Shown: positions 13,707 through 25,689 of the stretch, piece after piece
Layout: each line of letters starts with the position of its first letter
Numbering within the stretch: the stretch's first letter is position 1
Source of the DNA: Squalus acanthias
Lineage: Eukaryota
Reading direction: 5' to 3'
Assembly (NCBI GenBank): GCA_030390025.1
Contig: JASTWF010000070.1
Coordinates: 806,001 to 870,000, forward strand
Length of the DNA: 64,000 bases
The notes under the pieces: generated by a model
Told to the model about the DNA's origin: nothing
The model's input: the letters and a program-made list of their open reading frames with translations, nothing else
Database searches by the model: none
Position numbers and translations under genes: made by a program

Positions 13707-14039
13707 TTGCAGAATCCCAGCCCTTTCTGTCTCGGAGCCCCTTCACAGTGACAGCCGGAGTCGGCCAGTCGGTTGAATTGGAATGTCGCCAGATTTATGA
13801 AGTGTATTTGGTGAATAGTTATTTCTGGTACAAGCAGCGTGTGGGTGAAGCCCCGAGACTAATCGATATCCCATCCTGTAATCAGACCGATTGCAAGTTT
13901 ACTTCTAAAAAAGGACACACCGAAAAAATACTGATCCTGGAAATCCGCAATGTACAGGTGGCTGACACCGGCTCCTATTACTGTGCTGCTAGGGTTGGCT
14001 ATGCACCGCTCCGGAATGGATGCACACTGCTGGTTGGAG
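13707..14039 (+). CDS. Gene A exon 2: non-rearranging VJ-type Ig V domain
   Basis: V-set hallmarks LEC, WYKQ, LEIRNVQVADTGSYYC and J-like LRNGCTLLVG in one exon; ctctag / g-gtaag; no RSS. Confidence 0.9.
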
Positions 14040-14129
14040 GTAAGAGCAAAACCAAATTGAATTCAGATCATGCACAGCAATATCATTCGGTGTAAACTAA
14101 GATTTAACTGTCTCACAATCCCTGTCCAG

Positions 14130-14444
14130 ACAGTTCCATACCGACTGTGATGGTGTTTGCTCCGCCGGGGGAGCCGTATTTAAGGGACACCGTCCCCTTG
14201 GTGTGTTTGGTCACTGGCGTCTCCTCGAACCAGATTGCTATTTACTGGAACGTTACCGGACAGTTGACCGAGGGACGGAGCGATTCAGGTACACTGGACC
14301 CGAACGGGACCTACAGCATCAGAAGCCATGTGATGGTCTCGGGGGAAGCCTGGAGAAGCGGCGGGGTCTGCACCTGTATTGTTGAGCTGGGTTCCAAGGA
14401 CAAATCTTGGGCCAAGAGCGTGTCGCGCCCCAAAATAGTGGCAG
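14130..14444 (+). CDS. Gene A exon 3: C1-set Ig constant domain
   Basis: PTVMVFAPP, LVCLVTG, IYW, DPNGTYSIRSHV, AW, CTCIV; phase 1-1, tccag / gtgagt. Confidence 0.9.
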
Positions 14445-16137
14445 GTGAGTCGGTGATCTGTTAGGCGAAGGTCAGTATTCAGCTTTAGCTTCAGTTGGAG
14501 TAGTTCACTCGCTCCTAAGCGCCTGAAGTCTGTAAATAAAGCAACACCACAGGATGAGCATGAATATCTATATATCAGGAGAATAGTGCGCTCAGTCTGT
14601 TATAAAATACATTGAAATAAGTTACGGTTACCCTCCGTCCCAGGTCTTCTAAATACTTTCTCCGCTCTTGGCTGACTTTAGATTTCTGCGGGTCATCTAA
14701 GAATCAAAGAATGATACAGCACAGAAGGAGGCCATTCGGCCCATCGTGCCTGTGCCGGCTCTTTGAAAGAGCTCTCCAATTAATCCCACTCCGCCCCTGC
14801 TCTTTCCCCACAGTCCTTGCAAAATTTTCCCCTTCAAGAATTTATCGGACTCCCTTTTGAAAGTTATTGTTGAATTTGCTTCCACCGGCCTTTCAGGCAG
14901 CGCATCCTGGAATGGATTGGAGTGAACGCGCTTTCTGAAGTGAAACTAGCCTCAAGAAGCAGTGAAATAGTTGGCTGAACGCGTCTGCTGGGATCAGACG
15001 CTCGCTCATTTCCACCCGTTTATTTTCTCGTTTCCTGTTTTAAAGACCCGAGCCACCCTTATCGAACCCCACGTTGCTAGTGAAATATATTTTCATTTAA
15101 TCGGGTTATGAACCTTCACGGAAATTGGGTAATTGTTCCAGTTTAGCACACATAAAACATGGGGGTATATATGCTCAAATCTTTGAAGGTGGCAGGACCA
15201 GTCGAGAAGATTGCTAAAATACATATGGGCTCTTTGGCTTTTTTAATAGAGGAATAGAGTACAGAAGCAAGGAAGTTATGCTAAACATTTATAAAGCAAT
15301 GGTTGGGCCACAGCTGGAGTATTGTGTCTAATTCTGGCCAAAACACTTTAGGAAGGATGTCAAGCCCTTGGAGACGGTGGAGAGGAGATTTACGAGAATG
15401 GTACCAGGAATGAGGGACTTCAGTTACGTGGAGAGACTGCAGAAGCTGGGATTGTTCTCCTTAGAGCAGAGAAGGTTAAGAGGAGATTTAACAGAGGTGT
15501 TCAATCATGAATCATGAATGGTTCGGATAGAATAAATAAGAAGAAACTGTCCCCATTGGCAGAAGGGTCGGTAACCAGAGGACACAGACTTAAGGTGATT
15601 GGCAAATGAACCAGAGGGGAGATGAGGAAGCATTTTTTTATGCAGCGAGTTGTTGTGATCTGGAATGCGCTGCCTGAAAGGGCGGTGCAAGCAGGTTCAA
15701 TTGTAACTATCAAAAGGGAATTGGATAAACACTTGAAGGGATAACATTAGCAGGGCTATGGGAAAAGAGGAGGGGAGTGGGTCTAATTGGGTCGCTCTAT
15801 CAATGAGCCTGCACAGCCACGATGGGCTGAATGGCGTCCTCCTGTGCTCTAATCATTCTATGATTCATTTTTCAAATAGAATGTTTTGATTGTGCATTAT
15901 TAAAATTATGAGGCAATACTGAGAGTGTCGGCTGTCAATTTGACTCAGCCACTAAACTAGTGCAATGTATTCCATTATGAGGTTTCACTTGTCCAATATT
16001 CGTCGCATTGGCTGGTTTGTCCTTTCACACCCCGGATTTGATGCTCCTTCATTGTAACTGGGTCAAGTTTCTCATCATATAATCCCAGAATGTAATGATT
16101 TGACCCAACAGCATTTTCTAAGTGTTTCTCTCTGTAG

Positions 16138-16239
16138 GGTGTTGCATTCCGAGCCTTCTCGTTGCAATAACTATCTCGGTGATCCTGGTTCTAATATTGA
16201 TTTTCATTTCCATTTGGAATCATAAAAGCGGCAGATCAG
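16138..16239 (+). CDS. Gene A exon 4: connecting Cys + uncharged TM (GCCIPSLLVAITISVILVLILIFISIWNHKSGRS)
   Basis: ctgtag / gtgag, 102 nt, phase 1-1, hydrophobic stretch followed by basic residues. Confidence 0.85.
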
Positions 16240-16323
16240 GTGAGAATTGACCTTTAGCAGGAATATTTGAATAAATGTTTGTTTCTCGAAGCGTTAAATA
16301 CTAATTACAGTTAATTGTTTCAG

Positions 16324-16354
16324 AAGAACGAGTCAAGGGACCCCACAAGGAAAG
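16324..16354 (+). CDS. Gene A cytoplasmic mini-exon (31 nt; frame-shifting if included)
   Basis: tttcag / gtaagt; the paralogs are 30 nt. Confidence 0.6.
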
Positions 16355-16836
16355 GTAAGTAACTGAACCATTTACAAAGTTCATCAGTAACAGTCTCACT
16401 GTATTTAACACTGTCAAAACCAGTTTACCCCAACTTCAATTTCAATATTTTCCACGTTCTCTTAAGATTGAATCAAAGTCCATTCCGCAATTCTGTTCTC
16501 GATATTTATTGCATGTGACCAAGGATTTACAAGAAGTAATGCTTGTTTAACATTTTTGTTTGCATATAGTTTTAGTTTGAGAGAGAGAAAGATAAGAGCC
16601 GGAAGAAATGAACGACACTCAGGTGAGTTAGATTGAAATGTTGGTGGAGATAGAACATCATTTGTGGGATATTTCAAAGATCAATAAGTTAATTACCCGC
16701 CATCAAAATGTCCTGCCATCGTTCTCCTGTCTGACGAATCTACAGAAATGCAAATTATTGGTTAGTAATGCTGACAATTATGTATCAGACGGATAATAGA
16801 CGCCAGACAGCGGGGGTGGATCATCCATGTCCATGC

Positions 16837-17170
16837 ATTGGCGTATTGGGGTATCATTAGCATAGTGGGGGATTATTGGCATAATGGGGTATCATTAGGG
16901 TATTGTTGGACAATTAGCGTATGGGGTAATTGGCGTATTGGGGGATTATTGGCTTATTCGGGTACCATTGGCGTATTGCTGGACCATCGTCGTATTGTAT
17001 TGGGGTACCATTGGCATATTGGGGTACCATTGGCGTATTAGGTGAGAATTGGCTTATTGGGGTAACATTGGCGTATTGGTGGACGATTGGCATATTAATT
17101 GAGCATTGGCTTATTGGGGTACCATTGGTGTATTGCTGGATCATTGTTGTATTAGGGGACCATTGGCGCA
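16837..17170. repeat. ~20-bp degenerate minisatellite (ttggcgtattggggtacca-like) in a gene A intron
   Basis: Seen directly. Confidence 0.85.
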
Positions 17171-17247
17171 TGGTGCCTCTATAAATAAATATAGATTAGC
17201 CAGAATTTATGATATTTAAATTCATATTCTAAACTGTTAATACACAG

Positions 17248-17297
17248 GTGACACCCGTCAAATGGAGGCGAAGCAGACACATCAGGGTGCAATACAT
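17248..17297 (+). CDS. Gene A cytoplasmic exon (GDTRQMEAKQTHQGAIH)
   Basis: tacacag / gtaagt; phase 1 to 0, which bridges the TM exon to the ITIM exon. Confidence 0.6.
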
Positions 17298-19626
17298 GTA
17301 AGTAAGTTCATTGAACCTGTTGCAATAATATACAGGAACTTGGTGATTTCTGGGATAGGTGCAATGCGCTACATGCTGGATATTTTACGCGGTTGGCATT
17401 GAGCAGGTCATAGTCCAGATCATCTTAATCTGCAGCGAATCCCACTCGTTGCTCCAACTGGAAACAGAACATATCCTGCAGCCCTCTTCCCATCTGATAA
17501 TAGAAAGGATAGGTTAATGTTCCGTGTATAATGCTTCACCAGACTTTACTGCGGATTTCCAGCAGTTTAAGGTTCTATTTCAGATTTCCAGCTTTTTGCT
17601 ATTTTCTATTCTTTTTATGTTTACATTGAGTCCATGTCCGCTCCCCCCACAATCTCCCGCCCCTCCTATCCGGCGGAGAAACTGTTTTTAATATATTAGC
17701 ACAGATATTATTATGAAGATTCAGAAATAAGACGACAAACAGAATAGTTTCACAGATAAGATAAAATATGTTTATATTGTAAGTCGTCGAAGAAGGAATC
17801 AGTTTGGAGTGAATATGTTTGTGTGTGTGTGAGTGTGTGTGTGAGTGTGAGAATGTGTGTGTGTGCGTGTGAGTGTGTGAGTGTGTGAGAGTGTGTGTGT
17901 GAGTCTGTGAGCGAGTGTCTGAGAGAATGAGTGTGTGTGTGTATGTAAGAGATTTTCTGTGTGTGTAAGTGTGTGTGATTGTCAGACATGACTCAGTGGG
18001 TGGCACTCTCGACTCTGGGTCAGAAGGTCATGGGTTCAAGTCTCACTCCAGAGACTTGCGCACAAAAATCTAGGCTGACGCGCCCAGTGCGGTACTGAGG
18101 GAGCGCCGTACTGTCGGAGGGGCAGTACGGAGGGAGCGCTGCACTGTCAGAGGGGCAGTAATGAGGAAGTGCTGCACTGTCGGTGGGGCAGTACTGAGGG
18201 AGAGCTGCACTGTCGGACGGGCAGGCCTGAGGGAGTGTTGCGCTGTCGAAGGGGCCATACTAAGGGAGTGCTGCACCGTCGCAGGTGCTGTCTTTGAGAT
18301 GAGATGTTAAATTGAGGCCCCGTCTGCCCTCTCAGGTGGACGTAAAATAACTCACGCCACTATCTCGAAGAAGAGCATAGGAGAGTTCTCCCTGGGGTCC
18401 CCGGCCAATATTTATCCCTCAACGAACATTATTAAGAAACAGATTATCTGGACATTATCTCATTGCTATTATTGGGAGCTTGCTGTGCGCAGACTGGCTG
18501 CCACCTTTCCAACATTACAACAGTAACTACAATTCAAAAGTATTTCATTGGCTGTAACGCGCTTTGGAACGTACTGAGGTCATGAAAGATGCTGTGGAAA
18601 TGCAAGTCTTTCTTTCTTTTAGGACGTGTGATGGCGAGTGATTCTGTCTGGGTATGATTGATTGTGTGTGTGTGTCATTGAGTGTGAGTGTATTTGAGTG
18701 TGTGTATGTGTGTGTAATTGAGTGTGTGTGTGTGATATTCTGTCTGGGTATGATTGATTGTGTGTGTGTCATTGAGTGTGTGAGTGCGTGTGATTATGTC
18801 TGGGTGTGATTGATTGTATGTGACAGAGAGTGATTGAGTGGCTGTATCAGAGTAAGGAAGTCTTGCTACAATTGTACAGGGCCTTGGTGAGACCACACCT
18901 GGAGTAATGCGCGCAGTTTTGGTCTCCTTATCTAAGGAAGGATGTACTTGCCTTGGAGGTGGTGCAACAAAAGTTCACTAGATTGATTCCTGGGATGAGA
19001 GAGCTGTCTTATGCTGAGAGATTGTGTAGATTGGGCCTATACTCTCTGAAGTTTAGAAGAATGAGAGGTGGTCTCATGGAAACATAAACAATTCTGAAGT
19101 GGATTGATTGACAGGGTAGATGCTGAGAGGTTGTTTTCCCTGGCTGGCATGTCTAGAACGAGGGGGCATAGTCTCAGGATAAGAGGTAGGCCATTTAAGA
19201 CTGAGATTAGGAGGAATTTCTTCACTCAGAGGGTTGTGAATCTTTGGAATTCTCTGCTCCAGAGGGCTATGGATGCTCAGTCTTTGAGTATATTTAAGAC
19301 TGAGATAGATAGATTTTTGGACTCATGTGGAATCAAGGGATATGGAGATCGGGCGGGAAAGAGGAGTTGAGGTCGATGATCAGCCATGATCTTATTGAAT
19401 GGTGGAGCAAGCTCGAGGGGCCGTATGGCATACTCCTGCTCCTAATTCCTATGTTCTTCTGTTCTTATGATCTTTCAAAGAGCCAGCACAGGCACGATGG
19501 ACCGAATGGCCTGCTTCTGTGCTGCATCGTTCTATGATTCCATGAAACGCGACTGCATGACGAGATAGTTTGACCTGCCTTTAAGTATCTTGAAATGTCA
19601 ACGTTTAATATATTTTCCTGTCTCAG

Positions 19627-19713
19627 GGCGGCCCTCAAGACCAGATACTTTACGCCTCTCTGGAATTTGCTGCCTCGGAAAGGTCATCAAAAAAGAAGGC
19701 GCATCGCCGATGA
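19627..19713 (+). CDS. Gene A terminal exon with ITIM (GGPQDQILYASLEFAASERSSKKKAHRR*)
   Basis: ttttcctgtctcag acceptor; ILYASL at 19645-19662 fits (I/V/L/S)xYxx(L/V); a paralog lies downstream of the other TM module. Confidence 0.75.
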   Translation, partial: GGPQDQILYASLEFAASERSSKKKAHRR

Positions 19714-19849
19714 GAACTCGGAGGGTTTCTATCCGATGGATGAGGGAGGAGACCGGACTACCAAAAGAACCCACAGCCTGCGGGAAAAAGAATGGAGCCA
19801 CGGAGAATCCCGTCAAGCATCTAAACTATCTGAAAAAAAGAAAGTATTG

Positions 19850-20150
19850 CAGATGCTGGAAAGCTGAAATAAAAACAGAAAATGCTGGAGATACTCAGCA
19901 GGTCAGGCAGCATCTGTGAAGAGAGAAACAGAGTTAACGTTTCAGGTCGATGACCTTTCGTCAGAACTGGCAAAAAAAGCAGGAAATGGAACAGAATTTT
20001 AAACAAGGGTGGGGGCTGGGAAATGGGGGAGGGAATGAAAGAACAAAAGTTTTGTTCCCCTCCCCCATTTCCCAGCCCCTACCTTTGCTTAAAAATCTGT
20101 TCCATTTCCTGCTTTATTCCAGTTCTGACGAAAGGTCATCGACCTGAAAC
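19850..20150. mobile_element. Inverted pair of hammerhead-containing Penelope-type short repeats
   Basis: ctgacgaaaggtcatcgacctgaaac on both strands within imperfect inverted arms. Confidence 0.65.
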
Positions 20151-20153
20151 AAT

Positions 20154-20894
20154 GGCCCAGAAATTAAACACTGAGCGTTCCTGCGGGGGTAAGGCTTCCC
20201 CGCGATATCTCACTGCGCGCCTACCTTTTCCCTCCAGGCCCACACGAACTTTAGTTTCAAGGCTGTAGCTGTGCAGTGCTTGCGTGACCCACAGACGCAG
20301 TGAGTTCGTGCGAGCTCTGGGATCACGTGATTCAGTTAGAGCCAATGGCAGCACACCATCTTTCATTCATAGTTTTGACAGGAGAACTGTCAAAGCTATG
20401 AATACAACTTACCCCCAAAAGAACAGCTAAACCTCAATTAAATTTAAAAAAAACCATCACATTAATAAAATAACTATAGTTAAATAAATTAACCACTTTA
20501 AACAAAAATTTTAATTTTTGAAAAAATTTAAAATCTTTTTAAAAGTTATAAAAATAAACTTACCTTTCTTTAAAGTCTCTAAAAAAGATAAACCTGTTGA
20601 AATTTTTTTAAAATAATACTTAATTAACTACTTACCTTGTTAAAAGAGGGTCTTACGCCTCCTTTCTTTATGTGTAAAATCTTCCATGCTGACCTGCGCG
20701 TTCAAAGCACTGAGTGCACTGCGTGCGCACAGCCTGTAGCGCGCACGCGGTTCACTTAGGAACCGCCCCCTTTTGAGTTCACGAAGTGCCGGTTTCCCGC
20801 GCATGCGCAGTGCATTTGGAAACCGGCAATTGGAGACCTAAAACGCGAGAGTACACAGTGCGTACTCTCGCGTATTCGGTCTAATTTTCGGGCC
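20154..20894. mobile_element. Putative MITE (non-autonomous DNA transposon)
   Basis: Imperfect TIRs ggcccagaaatt / aattttcgggcc; it interrupts a repeat that resumes at 20895; no clean TSD. Confidence 0.5.
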
Positions 20895-23072
20895 GTTAAT
20901 TCAGTTTCACTCTTCACAGATGCTGCCTGACCCCATTATCATTGTGTCATGCGATTACCAGGATGGTAGAAGGTGAACTCGGTGGACCTTGGCCTTTTCT
21001 CAAGATCCCAGGTGTGCACAGTATTGGGCGAGAATATTCAACTAGAGACAGGATTGCATCATAGGTGGTTATATTGCTTTATCCATCAGAGTCAGATCAG
21101 TCTAAGTATTCCCCTTCTGATTAGTTTGGAATCAGCATTTACAACCGAATGAGATTCAGGAGCAGCAAAAACTGTTCCTGGCAAAGTCCCTTTCAAATCC
21201 ATCTTCCAGAAACTGTCCAATAAATCACATGAGGATTTGAATAAATTCCTAACAACCGTGTTCTTGTTAATGTTGATTTACATTATATTATAGGGTTATA
21301 TAAAGCAGATCTAAATTCACCAGGACGATACCGGGGCAAAAAGGGTTAAATTCTGAGGACAGGTTGCACAGACTCGGATTCTATTCTCTTGAATATAGAA
21401 GATTAAGAAGTGATCCAACTGAGGTGTTCAAGATGATTAAAGGAGTTCATAGGGTAGATAGAGAGAAACTATTTTCTCTGGTGGGCAGACTCCAGAACAA
21501 GGGGGCATGACATTAAAATTAGAGCTGGGCCGTTCAGGGGTGATGTCAGGAAGCACTTCTTCACACAAAGGGTGGTGGAAATCTGGAACTCTCTCATCTA
21601 AAAGGCTGGGGGTCAATTGAAATTTTCAACACTGAGATTGATAAATTTTTGCGAGGCAAGGGTATTAAGCGTTACGGAACAAAAGCATGTAGATGGAGAT
21701 AAGATACAGATTGCCATGATCTAATTGAATGGTGGAACAGGTTCGAGGGGCTGAATGGCCTCCCCCTGTTCCAATGTTCCTGTCGCTAGTAGGATAATTA
21801 GTTCGGCAAATTGAAGACTGATTTCTGGAGGTTCATCACACAAAGAGTGATCAGCACATGGAATGGTCCTCTGGGTAGGGCGGTGTGAATGAAAATCCCT
21901 GGAGTCATTTAGGAAACAGTTTAGCTGCCCTGATGGGCGAGAAGGTCAGAACCTTTCTGGATTCCTGAGCTAAATTTGGCAGAATGGCCTTTTTCACCTG
22001 CAGTGACCTTTTGACATGTGTCTCCAAATACTTTTTGCAATATCTGTGCAGAATATTTTGACAGCAGAATATTGTTAATTTCGGCTAGTTTCTATCCCCT
22101 CGGTCCATGAATTACAAGAGCTTCTCGATGAGATCAGAGCCTAATAACCAGCTCAATTATCCATTAATCATCACACCAAAGGCCTCATACCCAGCTTTTA
22201 AATGTGTATGAAATCGAAGGTGTACCCGAAAAATGTCACAGCAACTCGGATGAAACAACCTTTGAATTTTACTCTTATATTTGACCGATTTTCTAATGTG
22301 AAGAGCGAATTGTGTTACCGCTGCGAATTATTAACGTCACCAGCAAACCGCTTTCAGTCACAACCGAAGGGTTCTGCTTTACAAAGTTACAAATTGTTCA
22401 CAGCACAGAAACAGGCCATTCGGACCCAGTGGTCCGTGCCGGGGTTTCTGCTCCACACCAGCCTCCTCCCCCACCTCGTCATCTCACCCCATCAGCATAT
22501 CCTTCTGTTCCTTTCTCGCTCATGTGTTTATCTAGCTTCCCCTTAAATGCATCTATGCTATTCGCCTCAACCACTCCCTGTGGTAGCGAGTTCCACATTC
22601 TCACCACTCTCTGGGTGAAGAAGTTTCTGCTGAATTCCTTATTGGATTTATTAGTGACTATCTTCTATTTATGGCCCATAGCTCTGCTCTCTTCGTATCA
22701 AACCCTTTCATAATCTTAAAGACCTCTATCAGGTCACCACTCTGTCTTCTCTTTTCTAGAGAAAAGAGCCCCAACCTGTTCAATCTTACCTGATGGGTAT
22801 AACCTCTCAGTTCTGTATCATCATTGTTCATCTTTTTTTGCACCCTCTCCAGTGCCTCTGTATCCTTTTTATAATATGGAGACCAGAACTGTGCACAGTG
22901 CTCCAAGTGTGGTCCAATCAAGGTTCAATACAAGTTCAACACAACTTCGCTGCTTTTCAATTCTATCCCTCGAGAAATTACCCCCAGTGCTTTGGTTTGC
23001 TGGTTTTAATGGCCATGTTAACCTGAGTTACTACTTTTAGTGATTTGTGAAGCTGCACCCCAGATCCTCTAC

Positions 23073-23350
23073 GATAGCAAAATACTGCAGATGCTGGAAA
23101 TCCGAAATAACAACAGAAAACGCTGGAAAAACTCAGCAGGCCAGGCAGCATCCGTGGAGAGAGAAAGAGAGTTGACGTTTCAGGTCGATGACCTTTCATC
23201 AGAACTGGGAAGAGCTGGAAATCAAATAGATTGATTTCCAGCTCTTCCCAGTTCTGATGAAAGGTCATCGACCTGAAACGTCAACTCTCTTTCTCTCTCC
23301 ACGGATGCTGCCTGGCCTGCTGAGTTTTTCCAGCGTTTTCTGTTGTTATT
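23073..23350. mobile_element. Palindromic hammerhead-containing insertion with 16-bp target-site duplication, inside a CR1 fragment
   Basis: Arms 23106-23225 and 23231-23350; accccagatcctctac at 23057-23072 and 23351-23366. Confidence 0.8.
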
Positions 23351-24888
23351 ACCCCAGATCCTCTACCCCATTTGAAAACGTATTTTCAAAGAACTAATAG
23401 GTACTAATAGAGGGTAAAAGGAACCATAAATTTGCTGAAGAAATCACTTAACTGCACTATTATAAATGAGCAGATGGATTTAAAATAATTTACTTTCAAT
23501 GGTAAATGTGACAGAGTTCACTCCCAGATCAGAACCAGAGAACGCTCGGGGACCATTTACATAAGAACATAAGAAGTAAGAGCGGGAGTAGACCAAGCGG
23601 CCCTCGAGCCTGCTCCGCCATTCAATAAGATCATGGTTGATCTTCTACCTTATCTGCACTTTCCTGAACTTTCCCCATATCCCTTGATTCACTAAATATT
23701 AAAAAATCTATCGATCTCTGTCTTGAATATACTCAACGACTGAGCCTCCACAGCCCACTGGGGTAGAGAATTCCAATGATTCAGCACCCTCTGAATGAAG
23801 AAATTTTTCCTCATCTGAGTCCTAAATGGCCGACCCCTTATTCTGAGACAGAGACCCTTAGTTCTAGACTCCCCAGCCAGGGGAAACAGCCTCTCAGCAT
23901 CTACCCTGTCAAGCCTTGTAAGAAATTTTTATGTTTCAATGAGATCACCTTTCATTCTTCTAACTCCAGTTTTAATATCAATGCAGCCTAAATCCGGAGG
24001 CAGTGCCGGAGCTGCCCATTCGGTCCTGAGCCCCACTTTTGAGCCGCACACATTTGCTCTATAAATGTGCATTGTAAATCGGCGTTAGAGATACACTGAG
24101 CGCATCTGGACTGAACGATCAAAGGGCCGGAATCACAAATACAATGCTGGATTTTGAAAACCTGTTTTATTGCGTTTGTAACTAGGACACTGATGCATTG
24201 TAAAGATTATTTGAATTATATCGCGCTCACATACAAAGACGCGAAATGAATCTAAAAACGCCGATACAGGATAGGAGAAACATGCCGGGATTGAACCGAA
24301 ACTGCAGGCGATGTGTCATCTTAAGAATAGCAGACGATGCGTAAGAGAGAATTTAAATATATTTAGAATTTCCGCTTTGGGTCGAAATTTCCTATTTGTA
24401 AAATGCGCTTGAAATTGCGCCGGTGCTGTTCGGCATTAAGACTCTCCAGTAGGCTATACGCCAGCTCTGCATTGGTCAATCTGTCTTCCGAGTGAGTGTT
24501 AATTATTGATAAATGTGCATCAAGTCGGTAAGAGAACGTGAGATCGCCGCAGTGAGACGTCAACGAAGATAGCAATTGAATTCTTTAGCTGCACGCCACT
24601 GCTTCCAATTGTTGGATTTCTGCGGTGCTTTGGACTTGAACCCGGCGTATCAAAGTCTCTGGGAAGGGTTCACACCTCAGGGCTCTACTGCGCCGGTTGG
24701 TCTTCTGAATGAGATTGCCAATTTCCTGTCAATGGATCCCAAAAGCACGCGGAAGCGGCGCACAATTGAGGAACAGAAGGCTTGAATTGTTACTGAGCAG
24801 CGTGTCTCACTGATCCCACAATGAGAGCAAAGCAGAGGGAACTTTCCACAACACGTCATATCCGGCAGCCGCTCGCTTTCCTTTCCCG

Positions 24889-24933
24889 TCAGAGGGTCGG
24901 AAGCTCATTAAACGCCAGGTGGGCGTAAAGAGT
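24889..24933 (-). CDS. Gene B terminal exon with Tyr motif (TLYAHLAFNELPTL*)
   Basis: ttttctctcatag acceptor; phase 0 matches the upstream exon; TxYxxL is ITSM/ITIM-like. Confidence 0.7.
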   Translation of the reverse strand, partial: TLYAHLAFNELPTL

Positions 24934-25689
24934 CTATGAGAGAAAACAGAAACCATTATCATGGCCCACATCATCATCATAGGAACAGAGGGGCAGGAGG
25001 AGGCTGTTCAGCCCCTCGAGCCTGTTCTGCCATTCAATCAGATCATGGTTGATCTGTATCTTAACTGCATCTACCCGCCTTGGTTGCCTAACCCTTAATC
25101 CCCTTACCCAACAAGAATCTATCAAAAATCTCTCAGTTTTGCAATTTCCATTTGACCCCCAGCCTCAGCAACTTTATGGGGGAGAGAGTTCCAGATTTCC
25201 ACTACCCTTTGTGTGAAGAAGTGCTTCCCGACATCACCTGTGAACGGCCTGGCTCTAATTTGAAGGTAATGCCCCTTGTTCTGGACTCCCCCCCCCCCCC
25301 GCCACCACCCCCACCAGAGGAAATTGTTTCTCTCTATCTACCCTATCGAATCCTTTAATCATCTTAAACACCTCAATTAGATCACCCCTTAATCTTCCAT
25401 ACACAAGGGAATACAAGCCCGAGTCTGTGCAACCTGTCCTCATAAGTTAGCCCTTTTAGTCCCGGGTATCATTCTGGTGAATCATCATTCTGCAATTTCA
25501 AATATCCAGATCTATATTTTTTTAATCTACGTTCGCAGTTTTACATTAGAGGAAAACAGTGCTATCCTGTAGTGTTCACTATGCAAAGTTTTATAGACTC
25601 GTTGACTATGAATCTTAAACATTGTGTTAAAATAAGTGCAAGGTATCAACATTTAACGATTGCATGGATGAACTACAGAATTTGTTCAT

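Larger units (their letters stand above)
2352..15030 (+). repeat. Segmental duplication copy 1 (copy 2 at ~51392-64000)
   Basis: Continuous colinear high identity, including unique sequence, TE fragments and genes, at an offset of ~49 kb. Confidence 0.95.

Noticed and set aside
13744-13750. CACAGTG inside the gene A V exon
   Set aside because: Lies in FR1 coding sequence, with no nonamer
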